This document shows, piece after piece, positions 9,645-19,077 of a stretch of DNA of 64,000 nucleotides. Source of the stretch: Gemmatimonas sp. (GTDB lineage Bacteria; Gemmatimonadota; Gemmatimonadetes; Gemmatimonadales; Gemmatimonadaceae); contig JANNVQ010000014.1 in the NCBI GenBank assembly GCA_031414535.1, positions 32,001-96,000 of the forward strand. Reading direction: 5' to 3'. The position numbers were made by a program, and so were the translations under genes. How positions within the stretch are numbered: the stretch's first letter is position 1; the number at the start of each line of letters is the position of its first letter. Under the pieces are notes generated by a model. It was not told the DNA's origin, did not search any database, and saw only the letters and a program-made list of their open reading frames with translations.

Positions 9645-11162
9645 ATGAAGCTGCTGCTCGCCGCACTACTTCTCCTGCCTGCCGCGCTCTCCTCGCAAGC
9701 GCAGAACACCCCAAGAGTCCCACGCGCAATTCGCGAGATTCGCGAGGCCGACCTTCGGCGGGACCTCTTCGCGATGGCCTCCCCCGCGATGCGCGGTCGC
9801 GAGGGCGGCACTATCGACGAAATGGTGGCGTCCATCTGGATCGCCGAGCAATACGCAAAGATTGGACTCGAGCCCGCGGGCGAGAACGGCACTTGGTTCC
9901 AGTGGTTCAACATCGTGCGGACTCGAGTGTCTATTGAAGCGAGCCGCGCAAGCATTGGTGGACAGTCGCTCGCCATATTCGGACAGGTCATTCCTTGGAG
10001 CGTGGCCCCCATTGAGGCGAGTGGTGCGGTGCTATGGATCGCCGATCCCTCGGATACCACGCTCGACATTCGCGGGCGGATTGTTGCGACAATGGTGATG
10101 CCGCCAGCTCCCGGCTCTGTGCGCTCGACCAGCTATCCAACAAACGTACGGACCACGCAGTCCGCGGTGGGCGGAACGATTGCGCGCCTCGCTCGCCGCG
10201 GTGCCGCAGCGGTGATTCTTGTGGCTGATGCGCAAGCGGATGCGACCTTCGATGCGATGAGCGTGATGCAGGCGCGCGGGGCTTATGATGTCGATCGCGC
10301 CATCCCGCGTGCCGCTGGTGGATCGGAACGTGTGGCACCAGTGCCCGCGCTGGGCGCAGGCCCCACACCAGCGCTGCTCGTGCGCGCCTCGATGGCTACC
10401 GCATTGCGTCAGGGCGCATCGGCGGATCTCTCAATCCGACTCGAGCGCTTCGAGGTACCATCAGTCAATGTGATTGGCAAGCTGCGTGGCACCGACCCCG
10501 TGCTGCGCGATGAGTATGTGCTTTACTCCTCGCACCAAGACGCGAATGGCGTGCGTCTCCTCACACCGGGCGACTCCGTACTCGCTGGCGCGGACGATAA
10601 CGCGTCAGTGAGCGTCGCCGAGTTGGCGGCGGCGCGCGCCTTCGTGGCAGAGCGCCCCAAGCGTTCGCTGCTCTTCATTAATCACGGGGCAGAGGAACGT
10701 GGCCTGCTTGGCTCGCGGTATCACGCCGCGCATCCTGTGGTGCCAATTTCGCAGATCGTCACCGTGCTCAACGGCGACATGATTGGCCGTAACAGTCCTG
10801 ACAGCGCGGCCCTGCTCGGCTCGCAGCCGCCCCATCGTGGATCTGCGGAGTTAGTGCAGATGGCTCTTCTCGCCAACGCCAACACAGGCAAGTTTTTGCT
10901 GGACTCGCTCTGGGACCGCCCATCGCATCCTGAGGGCTGGTACTTCCGCAGCGATCATCTCCCTTATGCGCGCGTTGGCATCCCGTCGTTGATGTACACG
11001 ACCAATCTGCACGATGACTATCACACCGCGGGCGACACGCCTGAGCGGATTGATTACCCGAAGCTCACGCGTATGGCGCAGTGGATGTACCTCACGGGAT
11101 GGTACGTGGCGAATGCGCCGAAGCGGCCGGCGGTAGATGCGGGATGGAGATTGGAGAGGTGA
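9645..11162 (+). CDS. Secreted M28-family aminopeptidase
   Basis: Signal peptide MKLLLAALLLLPAALSSQA; SSHQD, GADDNAS, AEERGLLGS, NGDMIG, RSDH, YHTAGD. Confidence 0.9.
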   Translation: MKLLLAALLLLPAALSSQAQNTPRVPRAIREIREADLRRDLFAMASPAMRGREGGTIDEMVASIWIAEQYAKIGLEPAGENGTWFQWFNIVRTRVSIEASRASIGGQSLAIFGQVIPWSVAPIEASGAVLWIADPSDTTLDIRGRIVATMVMPPAPGSVRSTSYPTNVRTTQSAVGGTIARLARRGAAAVILVADAQADATFDAMSVMQARGAYDVDRAIPRAAGGSERVAPVPALGAGPTPALLVRASMATALRQGASADLSIRLERFEVPSVNVIGKLRGTDPVLRDEYVLYSSHQDANGVRLLTPGDSVLAGADDNASVSVAELAAARAFVAERPKRSLLFINHGAEERGLLGSRYHAAHPVVPISQIVTVLNGDMIGRNSPDSAALLGSQPPHRGSAELVQMALLANANTGKFLLDSLWDRPSHPEGWYFRSDHLPYARVGIPSLMYTTNLHDDYHTAGDTPERIDYPKLTRMAQWMYLTGWYVANAPKRPAVDAGWRLER

Positions 11163-12475
11163 AGCGCAGAGACTTCGTGAGTGCAGCGGCCGCCATCGCC
11201 GCCGCTCCACTCCTTTCGCCAAAAGGCGTCGGTGCGGTGCGAGGACGCGCGCCACTGAAGGCCAACGGCGCGCGCCTTAATGGTTGGCTTGCGCAGTTCG
11301 ATCAGATCGGGCGCACCGCCACGGGCATCAACCGCGTAGCCTACTCCGATGCTGACCTCGCGGGACGTGCCTTCACGCTTGATCTCTACCGCGCGGCCGG
11401 CCTCGCGCCGCGGATTGATGCCGCAGGAAACATTATCGCGCGGCTCGAGGGCAGCGACCCTGCCGCGCTACCCATCGTGATTGGTTCGCACATCGACTCC
11501 GTCACGGATGGGGGAAATTACGACGGTCCCCTCGGGAGTTTCGGCGCGATTGAGGTCGCGCGGTCGCTGCAGGAGCAGCGCGTTCGGCTACGTCATCCCT
11601 TGGAAGTGGTGGTGTGGTCCTGCGAGGAAGGCGGACTCGTGGGCAGCAAGCTCGCGATCGAAGATGCCGGCTCTATGTCACTCGATTCCATTGCGCGATC
11701 CGGCGTCACGATTCGGGAAGGCATCGCGCGTGTAGGCGGTGATGTGTCGCGTCTTGAGGAATCATTGCGCAAGCGCGGCAGTGCCAAGTGCTACATCGAG
11801 CTACACATCGAGCAGGGTGGATTGCTTGACCGTGCGGGACTGCGAGTCGGCGTCGTACAGGGCATCGTGGGACTTCGATTCCTCGACGTGACGATTGAAG
11901 GCATGGGCAACCACGCCGGCAGCACGCCGATGGATCAGCGGCAGGATGCGGTGCTGGCCGCAGCAAAGTTCACTGTCGCGGTCAATGATGCGGCACGCGG
12001 GATGCCGGGGCGTCAGGTGGCGACGGTGGGACGGGTTGTGCCATCGCCCAACACACGCAATGTGATTGCAGGGCGCGTGGACCTCACGGTGGACTTTCGA
12101 GACCTCAATCCCGCGACGCTCGACGCGCTGTTCGTCACCCTCGAGCGACAAGCCGCGGAGATTGCGACGGCCACCAACACGCGCTTTTCGATTCGGACGA
12201 CGCAGCGCAGTGAACCGGCGCTCGCGGACGCGCGGATGATGGACGTGATTGCGTCGAGCGCGAGCGCGCTTGGCCTCTCGTCCCAGCGAATGCCGAGCGG
12301 GGCTGGGCACGATGCGCAGTCTATGGCCCGCATTGCGCCGATGGCGATGATCTTTGTGCCGAGTGTTGGCGGCATCAGCCACGCGCCGCAGGAGTTCACC
12401 AAGCCGGAGGACTGCGCCAACGGCGCGGACATGCTCCTCAATGCGGTGGTCGCTGTAGACGCGCTCCCAAGCTGA
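11159..12475 (+). CDS. M20-family Zn hydrolase (allantoate / N-carbamoyl-amino-acid amidohydrolase-like) with Tat signal
   Basis: GTG start overlapping the M28 stop; KRRDFV Tat motif; GSHIDS, YDGPLG, EEG, ELHIEQG, NHAG, SGAGHDA, GISH. Confidence 0.88.
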   Translation: MKRRDFVSAAAAIAAAPLLSPKGVGAVRGRAPLKANGARLNGWLAQFDQIGRTATGINRVAYSDADLAGRAFTLDLYRAAGLAPRIDAAGNIIARLEGSDPAALPIVIGSHIDSVTDGGNYDGPLGSFGAIEVARSLQEQRVRLRHPLEVVVWSCEEGGLVGSKLAIEDAGSMSLDSIARSGVTIREGIARVGGDVSRLEESLRKRGSAKCYIELHIEQGGLLDRAGLRVGVVQGIVGLRFLDVTIEGMGNHAGSTPMDQRQDAVLAAAKFTVAVNDAARGMPGRQVATVGRVVPSPNTRNVIAGRVDLTVDFRDLNPATLDALFVTLERQAAEIATATNTRFSIRTTQRSEPALADARMMDVIASSASALGLSSQRMPSGAGHDAQSMARIAPMAMIFVPSVGGISHAPQEFTKPEDCANGADMLLNAVVAVDALPS

Positions 12476-12496
12476 GCTCGCGTCGCGACCGGATAC

Positions 12497-12539
12497 GGAA
12501 ACGCCGCCGCGGTGCGTATTGCACTGCGGCGGCGTTTCC
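12497..12539. terminator. GC-rich hairpin between convergent genes (probable bidirectional terminator)
   Basis: GGAAACGCCGCCGC-GGTGC-gtatt-GCACT-GCGGCGGCGTTTCC inverted repeat between the M20 and S8 stops; no long U tract. Confidence 0.7.
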
Positions 12540-12556
12540 CTGAATCCCGAGGAGGA

Positions 12557-14017
12557 TTACTGGACAGCTCTCCAGGCGTTCACATAGCCCGCACCGTAAA
12601 ACTCGTCGTTACCAGGCTTGCCGAGATCGAGCGACGCCTGCTCGATTCGTGTGCGAATCTGCGAGGGATGCATCGGCCCGCCGTTGCGGTGGATGATGAG
12701 CGCCGCGATTCCGGCCACTGCCGGCGATGACATAGAGGTGCCCTGCGCCCAACCGTAGCTGCCAATGGAGGCTCCCGCACCTCGCACCGTGCTAAACACC
12801 ATATCGAAAACAAAGCACTGACGCGTGATGGTTACGGTGAGGTGCGTCTTCGTGCAGCTGCTCCCGATGCCCTCGACCGCTATCAGACCCGCAGATCCGC
12901 CAGGCCCAGCGACCGTGGTGAGCGATTTCCCGTAATCGGTGAAATAGGAGGGATCTGAGAAGTTGGTGGCGTTACGGAAGAGCCAGCCGGTGGGGCCGGT
13001 TGACGACACCGCCATCACATGCGCGTTCTGCGCCGGAGACTTGAAGAGTTGATTCTCGACGTCATAGTTGGTGGCACCGTTCCCGTTGGAAGCGATAACG
13101 GTGACGCCCTGCTGGTAGGCGTACGTGGTCGCGCGGTCAACGGCCATCTTGAGCTCACGGATCGCACTCTTGATTGCTGGATCCTTCTGGTCCAAGGTTG
13201 CGCCGAGGCTCATGTTGATCACGTGCGCGCCCGCGCCACCTGCAGCGATCGGAGTCGCGGCGTACACGATTCCATTGATGATGGAGCTGAACGGGCCGCT
13301 GCCGTTGTGGAGGACCTTCACGCCGATGATGGTCGCCTCGGGAGCGATACCAATCGTACCGATGCCGTTCGCCGAAGCGGCGATGATGCCGGCAACGTGC
13401 GTCCCATGCCAGAAGGTGCCGACATCGGAGTTCCAAGTCCCGGTGATGAAGGACGTCGAACGCGCTACGTCAATACGCCCCTGGAGATCGATATGCGCGC
13501 CGTGGATGCCGCCATCGAGCACGGCCACGCGTGCGCCCTGACCGGTGATGCCTTGGGCCCAAGCGGCTGGAGCATCAAGTGATTGCGGCGCCCACTGGAA
13601 TCCGTAAAAGCTCTCAGTATTTGGATTGAAGCTATGTGCGTCAGACTTGACGGCCTCTGCTTCGAGGCCTTCGACAATGACCTCTGGCTGTTTGATCCAC
13701 TGAACATTCAGGTCCGGTGCCACACTCTCTGCCCAGCCAAACCTGCTCGCTGCCGCAGCGAACCTCTCTCCCCCCTCCACCACCACGATACCGACGTGCG
13801 GAATGACGCTGACAATGGTGCCACCGGCAGCGGAGATCTCCTCGGCGAGGTTTGCGGGGAGCCGATTCTGCTTGCCGAGCACGAGATACTGCGGCGTAAT
13901 GGAGTAACTGGATACGCTGCCGCCTCGTGTCGCTTCCGTGGTAAGCGGAAGATCTGGCGAACATGCTGCGACACCGAGCGCAGCGAGAATCACCCAAGAA
14001 GTGTGTTTCATTCCCAT
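12557..14017 (-). CDS. Subtilisin-like S8 serine protease, lipoprotein
   Basis: Lipobox LGVAAC; catalytic triad VAVLDGG, HGTHVAGII, GTSMSSPAVAG; inhibitor-I9-like propeptide region. Confidence 0.92.
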   Translation of the reverse strand: MGMKHTSWVILAALGVAACSPDLPLTTEATRGGSVSSYSITPQYLVLGKQNRLPANLAEEISAAGGTIVSVIPHVGIVVVEGGERFAAAASRFGWAESVAPDLNVQWIKQPEVIVEGLEAEAVKSDAHSFNPNTESFYGFQWAPQSLDAPAAWAQGITGQGARVAVLDGGIHGAHIDLQGRIDVARSTSFITGTWNSDVGTFWHGTHVAGIIAASANGIGTIGIAPEATIIGVKVLHNGSGPFSSIINGIVYAATPIAAGGAGAHVINMSLGATLDQKDPAIKSAIRELKMAVDRATTYAYQQGVTVIASNGNGATNYDVENQLFKSPAQNAHVMAVSSTGPTGWLFRNATNFSDPSYFTDYGKSLTTVAGPGGSAGLIAVEGIGSSCTKTHLTVTITRQCFVFDMVFSTVRGAGASIGSYGWAQGTSMSSPAVAGIAALIIHRNGGPMHPSQIRTRIEQASLDLGKPGNDEFYGAGYVNAWRAVQ

Positions 14018-14073
14018 TGTCTTCTCCGAACAAGCAGGGGTGGGTTGGCGAAACTGGCTTGGCGAACCTTTTT

Positions 14074-14101
14074 AAAGTACGGGTTCGGACGGAACCGTCA
14101 A
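14074..14101 (-). promoter_or_regulatory. Putative sigma70 promoter of the S8 protease gene
   Basis: Minus strand TTGACG-N16-TACTTT about 56 nt upstream of ATG 14017; GGAG Shine-Dalgarno before the start. Confidence 0.5.
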
Positions 14102-14135
14102 TAACAACTTCCGCCTCGGCCTAGGTCAATCACTC

Positions 14136-16430
14136 TCATCGAATGAACTTCATCCTCCGAACAATCGCCTCAAAGCGCGGTGATCCTCGAAGCGGGTCCC
14201 AGAGGGCAAAGGTGTTTAGGAGGACCATGTCCCCATCGCGTCCGGCCTGGGCAATCTCAAGTTGATCAATGGCGCCATCCAAGTCCCCGAGTCCCACGAG
14301 GACCGCTGCGATGGCGCTGGGAGGCACATACACGCGGCGATGGAGTGCCACGAGTTCGTTGAGAACGGCGAGCGCCTTCACGGTATCCCCAGCGTGCGCA
14401 TACGCGTGGGCAAGAAATCCTTGTCGACGCGCGTCAGCGGGACCAGCGAGCTCGGACGCGCGCTGCGCCGCCCGCAACGCCTCCGCGGGGCGATTCAAAC
14501 TGTAGTAGGCCCAATGAAGGCGATCCCACGCGAACATAAACGTTGAGTCGGCGGCAATCGCTTGCTGCGCCTTCTCCACCGCGGCATTCTGCCGACCGGC
14601 TAGAGAGAGAATCATTGCGGTGCGCTGGATGGCCTGCGGAGAGCGGGGCGCCAGCAGCTCGGATCGCCGAGCGTGCGACAAGGCCTCGTCGAACCGGCTG
14701 AGTGTAGCGAGGAACCACGCGTAATCCGCATGCACTTCGGGCCTGCGGTCGTCGATGCCAAGCGCCACACGGTACAGCGAGTCGGCTTGCTGCCAGTCCC
14801 AATCGTGGTGCGCCACGGCGTATGCGAGTTCAGCGTACGCGGGGGCAAGACCGGGGTCGAGTGCAATCGCGAGTCGCGCAGCTCTCTCTGCGCGACCGAA
14901 CGCGGAGTCCGGTGCGATTGTATCCACAAATGCGAGGACGTTGTTGCAGTGGGCCGCGAGGAGTTGTGCCTCCGCGAACGCTGGCGCCATGGCTAAGGCG
15001 CGGGCGGCGTTCTCCACGCAGGCGCGCAAATCATCGCGCCGCCGCCTGCTCGCGTGGTACTCCGCGCGCAACCATGCATCGTATGCCGCGGGGTTCAATG
15101 CTCGCGCGGCCTCCAAACGCTGGTTGTAGCGGGAAGTGACGCGCATGCGTAGCTCGCGAAATATTGCCGTGGCCACTTCCACCGGCAGCGCCGGCACCTC
15201 GCGACGGTGACGATCGTAGCGCCCGGTCCAGAGAACGGATGCCGGTTTGCCGCGGAGGAGTTCAACGTACAGGTGTACGGAGTCGCCGTCTTGCAGCAGT
15301 TCCGTTGTCACGATTGCGTCTGCTGGGATATCGAGCTCTGCTGGCGCGCGTTTTCGGCCCGTTCCTTCAATGGAGCGCAAGCTTGCGCGAGGCAGCACTT
15401 GAAGGTCGGCACTCTGCGCTAATTCTCCGATGAGTGCGCTATGGAGCCCTTCGGCGACGTACACGTCGGCGGGCGAATCGCTCCGCTCCACCAGTGGCAG
15501 CACAGCCACCGTGACCGCGCCTTGTGGAGTGAGGAATCTGCTACGCCCCACGAGTGCAATCACGCCGAGCCCAAGGAGCGCAAAGACCGCAACCGCTGTG
15601 CGACGTGTTCGATCGGGCATCGAGCCACCGGGCGGACTGGATCTCGATGAACTCGGCGCGCGGGCGCCTGCGTCTTGCGGCTGAACTGCTACGCGATTGG
15701 GCGCCGCGTTGCGGGCGGCGAAGATGTTGCGCAGCACGGCTTCAGTCGCCGCCGCTGGTTGCACATCGTAGTCCCGCCGGAGCCGAGTACCCAGGTCCTC
15801 GAAGAGAGACATCGCGCCCGCAACATCTCCCTCGGCGATTAAGCCGGCCATAATCCGCTGGAGGGCAGACTCGTTTAGCGGATCGAGTTCCAGTCCCCGG
15901 CGCGCGGCGTTCTCCGCGGCTTTCGTTTGGCCCGCGGACAGAGCCGCCGCCGCGGCAGACCACGCGGCAGTGGCGGCGCGGCGTTGAAGGCTCGCACGTT
16001 CGTCTTCAAGCCAGCGTTCGAAGCCGCCTGCCTCTACGAGCGCGAAGCCCGGGAGCAACTCACCGGCATACAGCGTCACCGCGTCGGACCAACGTCCCTC
16101 GGCGATCGCGGCATTCAGCGCGGTAATGTCTGAATCGACCTGTCCGATAGCAAGTCGGATATCCTCGGCACCGCGAGTCTCAATCACCTCGGCGCCAATT
16201 GCATGTCGCAATCGGTAAAGCGCCTGACTTAGGGCGTGCCGGGCCGAGGCTTCGCCGCTCTCAGGCCAAAAGAGGGGAAGGAGCGTGGCCCGCCGAATGA
16301 AGTCAGCGGGCGGGACGCAGGCAAGGAAGGTGAGAATTCCGACAATCTTGGGTTGACTCAGGACACCTGGAATCTCCCGACCCTGAGGATCGGTTAGCGC
16401 CAAGTGGCCCAACAACCGCACGCGAATCAC
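14136..16430 (-). CDS. Membrane-anchored SARP-type transcriptional regulator: wHTH + BTAD + TM helix + TolB-N-like domain + TPRs
   Basis: RLLG...LFWPES...ARHALSQALYRLR (OmpR-type wHTH); LYAGELLPG, FERWL, DPLNE (BTAD); hydrophobic AVAVFALLGLGVIALVG; VAVLPL domain; TPR helices; C-terminal WDPLRGSPRFEAIVRRM. Confidence 0.85.
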   Translation of the reverse strand: MIRVRLLGHLALTDPQGREIPGVLSQPKIVGILTFLACVPPADFIRRATLLPLFWPESGEASARHALSQALYRLRHAIGAEVIETRGAEDIRLAIGQVDSDITALNAAIAEGRWSDAVTLYAGELLPGFALVEAGGFERWLEDERASLQRRAATAAWSAAAAALSAGQTKAAENAARRGLELDPLNESALQRIMAGLIAEGDVAGAMSLFEDLGTRLRRDYDVQPAAATEAVLRNIFAARNAAPNRVAVQPQDAGARAPSSSRSSPPGGSMPDRTRRTAVAVFALLGLGVIALVGRSRFLTPQGAVTVAVLPLVERSDSPADVYVAEGLHSALIGELAQSADLQVLPRASLRSIEGTGRKRAPAELDIPADAIVTTELLQDGDSVHLYVELLRGKPASVLWTGRYDRHRREVPALPVEVATAIFRELRMRVTSRYNQRLEAARALNPAAYDAWLRAEYHASRRRRDDLRACVENAARALAMAPAFAEAQLLAAHCNNVLAFVDTIAPDSAFGRAERAARLAIALDPGLAPAYAELAYAVAHHDWDWQQADSLYRVALGIDDRRPEVHADYAWFLATLSRFDEALSHARRSELLAPRSPQAIQRTAMILSLAGRQNAAVEKAQQAIAADSTFMFAWDRLHWAYYSLNRPAEALRAAQRASELAGPADARRQGFLAHAYAHAGDTVKALAVLNELVALHRRVYVPPSAIAAVLVGLGDLDGAIDQLEIAQAGRDGDMVLLNTFALWDPLRGSPRFEAIVRRMKFIR

Positions 16431-16533
16431 TCAAACCTCGACCGGTCGGAAGCTGCACTTCCAAACTGTGCTTCTCAGAGATGGGCCAGAACCCTCGAGG
16501 TGTCAAGCAATTCGCCCTAGGGCAATTACTCGG

Positions 16534-16562
16534 CGTGAGCATCCCGTGAAACGGCGGTGATG
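16534..16562 (+). promoter_or_regulatory. Three direct repeats with a GTGA core at exact 11-bp period (candidate SARP/wHTH operator)
   Basis: cGTGAgc-atcc-cGTGAaa-cggc-gGTGAtg; GTGA starts at 16535, 16546 and 16557, upstream of the gene divergent from the BTAD regulator. Confidence 0.5.
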
Positions 16563-16672
16563 CCGGCTCGGCATCGTGGCCGCGCCGCTTGGCGAGGTGG
16601 GCGGCGCTCGGGTCTCGCGTGCCAACAGTTCCGTTCGCGCGCCAGGCTTGGGCTCTCTGACGGGAGAGAACC

Positions 16673-17194
16673 ATGATATCGAAGTCGGTTATCGGCGTAA
16701 TCGCTCCGGCCCTGTGTCTTGGCGCGTGCGCATCAATGAGCCCCATGAACCAGTCGGCGTTCTCAGGCGCTACGATTGCGGCAGAAGTGGCGGAGATCGC
16801 ATCTGGTCGCGGAATGTTCGACGTAGAAGGTGACTGGTACCTCAACTGCATCGACGAGATGGTGCAAGAGTCGTTTCACGCGCCTTTCTCATATCGACTG
16901 TATGTGAACGACAAGGGCGATGCTACGTATCTCGAGCGATTCGATGTCGGGACCGCGAGAGGTACACTCGTGGGACGCACCAGTGGTCATACGTGGCGAC
17001 ACACGCGTGTGGCGTCGCCGCTGGTTACACGGAATGGTGCCGGTGGGACCACCCAGTACACCTTCCGATCCACGCTCGTAAGCGAGACGGGGCCCACGCT
17101 GGAGCTGTGGAGCGAGTTCCACGCCAGTCGGGACGCTGATGGCGAGTCCCGGATAGCGTCACTGCGGGCGCACTGCGTCCACTCAGAGCGTTGA
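16673..17194 (+). CDS. Hypothetical lipoprotein, beta-strand rich
   Basis: GGGAGAG RBS; signal peptide with lipobox CLGAC; no recognised family. Confidence 0.6.
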   Translation: MISKSVIGVIAPALCLGACASMSPMNQSAFSGATIAAEVAEIASGRGMFDVEGDWYLNCIDEMVQESFHAPFSYRLYVNDKGDATYLERFDVGTARGTLVGRTSGHTWRHTRVASPLVTRNGAGGTTQYTFRSTLVSETGPTLELWSEFHASRDADGESRIASLRAHCVHSER

Positions 17195-17478
17195 CGCCCT
17201 GCTCGGGACTCAACACGACTTTTGTGCAACCATTCTGCCGTGCCGAGCAGGAGTAGATGGGTGATTGAGGTGCGCCAGTTCAGCTGCCGCGTGCTAGCTG
17301 CGGCGTTCTGCTCCGGTTGCGCCATGACGTACATGCGCGAGCAGTCCATCTCGGCGTTGCCTAGTCCAATCAGAAGAGAATTGGGTATGTCCTACCGTAA
17401 CTCCGCCGCCGCTCTCGAGACAGATCGACGACGGTCCAGCTAGAAAAGTCTTTGCGAACGCAGGCTGCTGGGTCATCG

Positions 17479-18918
17479 CTAAGGCACAGGGCGCCGCAGT
17501 TGCACCACGCCCTGCTCCGCAATCATCCGCTGCACATCCGCAACGCTGGTGGGCACAAACCCGCTGAGATTCTCCACCCCGTCCGCCGTGACCAGCGCCA
17601 TATCCTCAATACGGATATACAGCCGCTCCTCGGGAATCCAGATCATCGGGTCAATCGTAAACACCATCCCCGCTCTAAGCGGTACACCGCGTACTCGGCC
17701 CACATCATGCACCGCCATGCCTACGGGATGCTGAAAGTGTCCGCGGAACTCTATGCCTTGCTGCACAGCGCGCAGATGCGTTGGCGAGGCGAAGGTCTTC
17801 CCCACGAGATACTGGCGCATATCTGCCGCGGCGCGGTCGAGCACTTCCTCGGAAGTGACACCCGGCTTGATGTATTTGAACAAGGCGTCGCGGTATGCGA
17901 TGATGTATTCGTAGAGAGCGGTCTGTGCTGGCGTGAATCGCCCGTTCACCGGCCAGATGCGCGTCACGTCGCTCGTGTAGTAGCGGTAGTCGGGCGCATA
18001 GTCCATGAGGACGAGATCACCGTCACGCAGTGGGTCGGCCTTACGGAAGTAGTGGCCCATAAACGCATTCGTGCCGCCTGCGATGATTGAGGCATAGCCA
18101 TCACCGCGCGCGCCATTCAGGTAGAACACGTACTTGGCCGCCGCATCGAGCTGGTATTCGTACACGCCGGCAGCCGTAGAGCGCATGGCCTCCATGATAC
18201 CGAGCCCCGCCAACTGCGTCGCGCGGCGAATGAGCGCAATCTCAGCTGGACTCTTGATGACCCGCATAGAGTCGAGCGCCGGCGAGAGATCGCGGATCTC
18301 AAATTGTGGGAAGCGCTCCCTCACCAGGCTCACAAAGTGAGCCTCACGCGTGGCACGGCCATCCCAGGGGTCGCTCACACCGCGCGCGTGCGCAGCAAGT
18401 AGCTCGTCACGACTATCGTTGCCCGTCTCCATAGGCGCGAGTGGCGTGTACAATGCCATCGCGGGTGGACGGAGCAGGTCGGCGCCATTGAGATCGAGCG
18501 AGAGGTTCTCTAACGCGCGCACGCGATTGACACCGGTGAGCTGCATGAGCACAACGCTATCCTCGACGGAGAGCACCTTACCCTCGCCTTGTTCGCGTCC
18601 TTCATCGCGGTGCGGCAGGTACAGGGTGGTCGTGCGGCTCCGGCCATTGAGCAACAGGTACGCGTGCGCTGACTCCACACCGCTCAGGTAGTAGAACTCG
18701 TTGGACTGCCTGAACACGCTAAACCCAGGCACGCCGCTGGCGCCCTGGATGACGGCGATGCCCTGGCGGCCGATGGCGTCGTAGACCTGAGTGCGACGTG
18801 CGGAGAACTCCTCTTTGGAGAAGTCCACCTGATAGTTGTGTAAGGCCTGCGCACTGCCGACAGACGGCAGGATGAACAGCAGGCAGGCGGCGAGGTAGCG
18901 CGACTTGAAGAGAGGCAT
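17479..18918 (-). CDS. Secreted Xaa-Pro aminopeptidase (M24B family)
   Basis: Signal peptide from ATG 18918; AMP_N FRQSNEFYYLSG; RVIKSPAEI; DYAPDYRYYTSDVTR, HPVGMAVHD, IRIED metal motifs. Confidence 0.88.
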   Translation of the reverse strand: MPLFKSRYLAACLLFILPSVGSAQALHNYQVDFSKEEFSARRTQVYDAIGRQGIAVIQGASGVPGFSVFRQSNEFYYLSGVESAHAYLLLNGRSRTTTLYLPHRDEGREQGEGKVLSVEDSVVLMQLTGVNRVRALENLSLDLNGADLLRPPAMALYTPLAPMETGNDSRDELLAAHARGVSDPWDGRATREAHFVSLVRERFPQFEIRDLSPALDSMRVIKSPAEIALIRRATQLAGLGIMEAMRSTAAGVYEYQLDAAAKYVFYLNGARGDGYASIIAGGTNAFMGHYFRKADPLRDGDLVLMDYAPDYRYYTSDVTRIWPVNGRFTPAQTALYEYIIAYRDALFKYIKPGVTSEEVLDRAAADMRQYLVGKTFASPTHLRAVQQGIEFRGHFQHPVGMAVHDVGRVRGVPLRAGMVFTIDPMIWIPEERLYIRIEDMALVTADGVENLSGFVPTSVADVQRMIAEQGVVQLRRPVP

Positions 18919-19077
18919 AGGTCCCGCGAATGTACGACCCCAGTGGCCGCGGCGTCCACCTGTGGGGTTCGGTCCGCACCGAGCGTGCGACGGCCCTAGG
19001 GCAGGCGCTGCGGTCCTCTGGCAGGTCTGGGAAAGAGACCGCATACTGGCGCATACTCTCTTTGCGGAGCATGCTCG

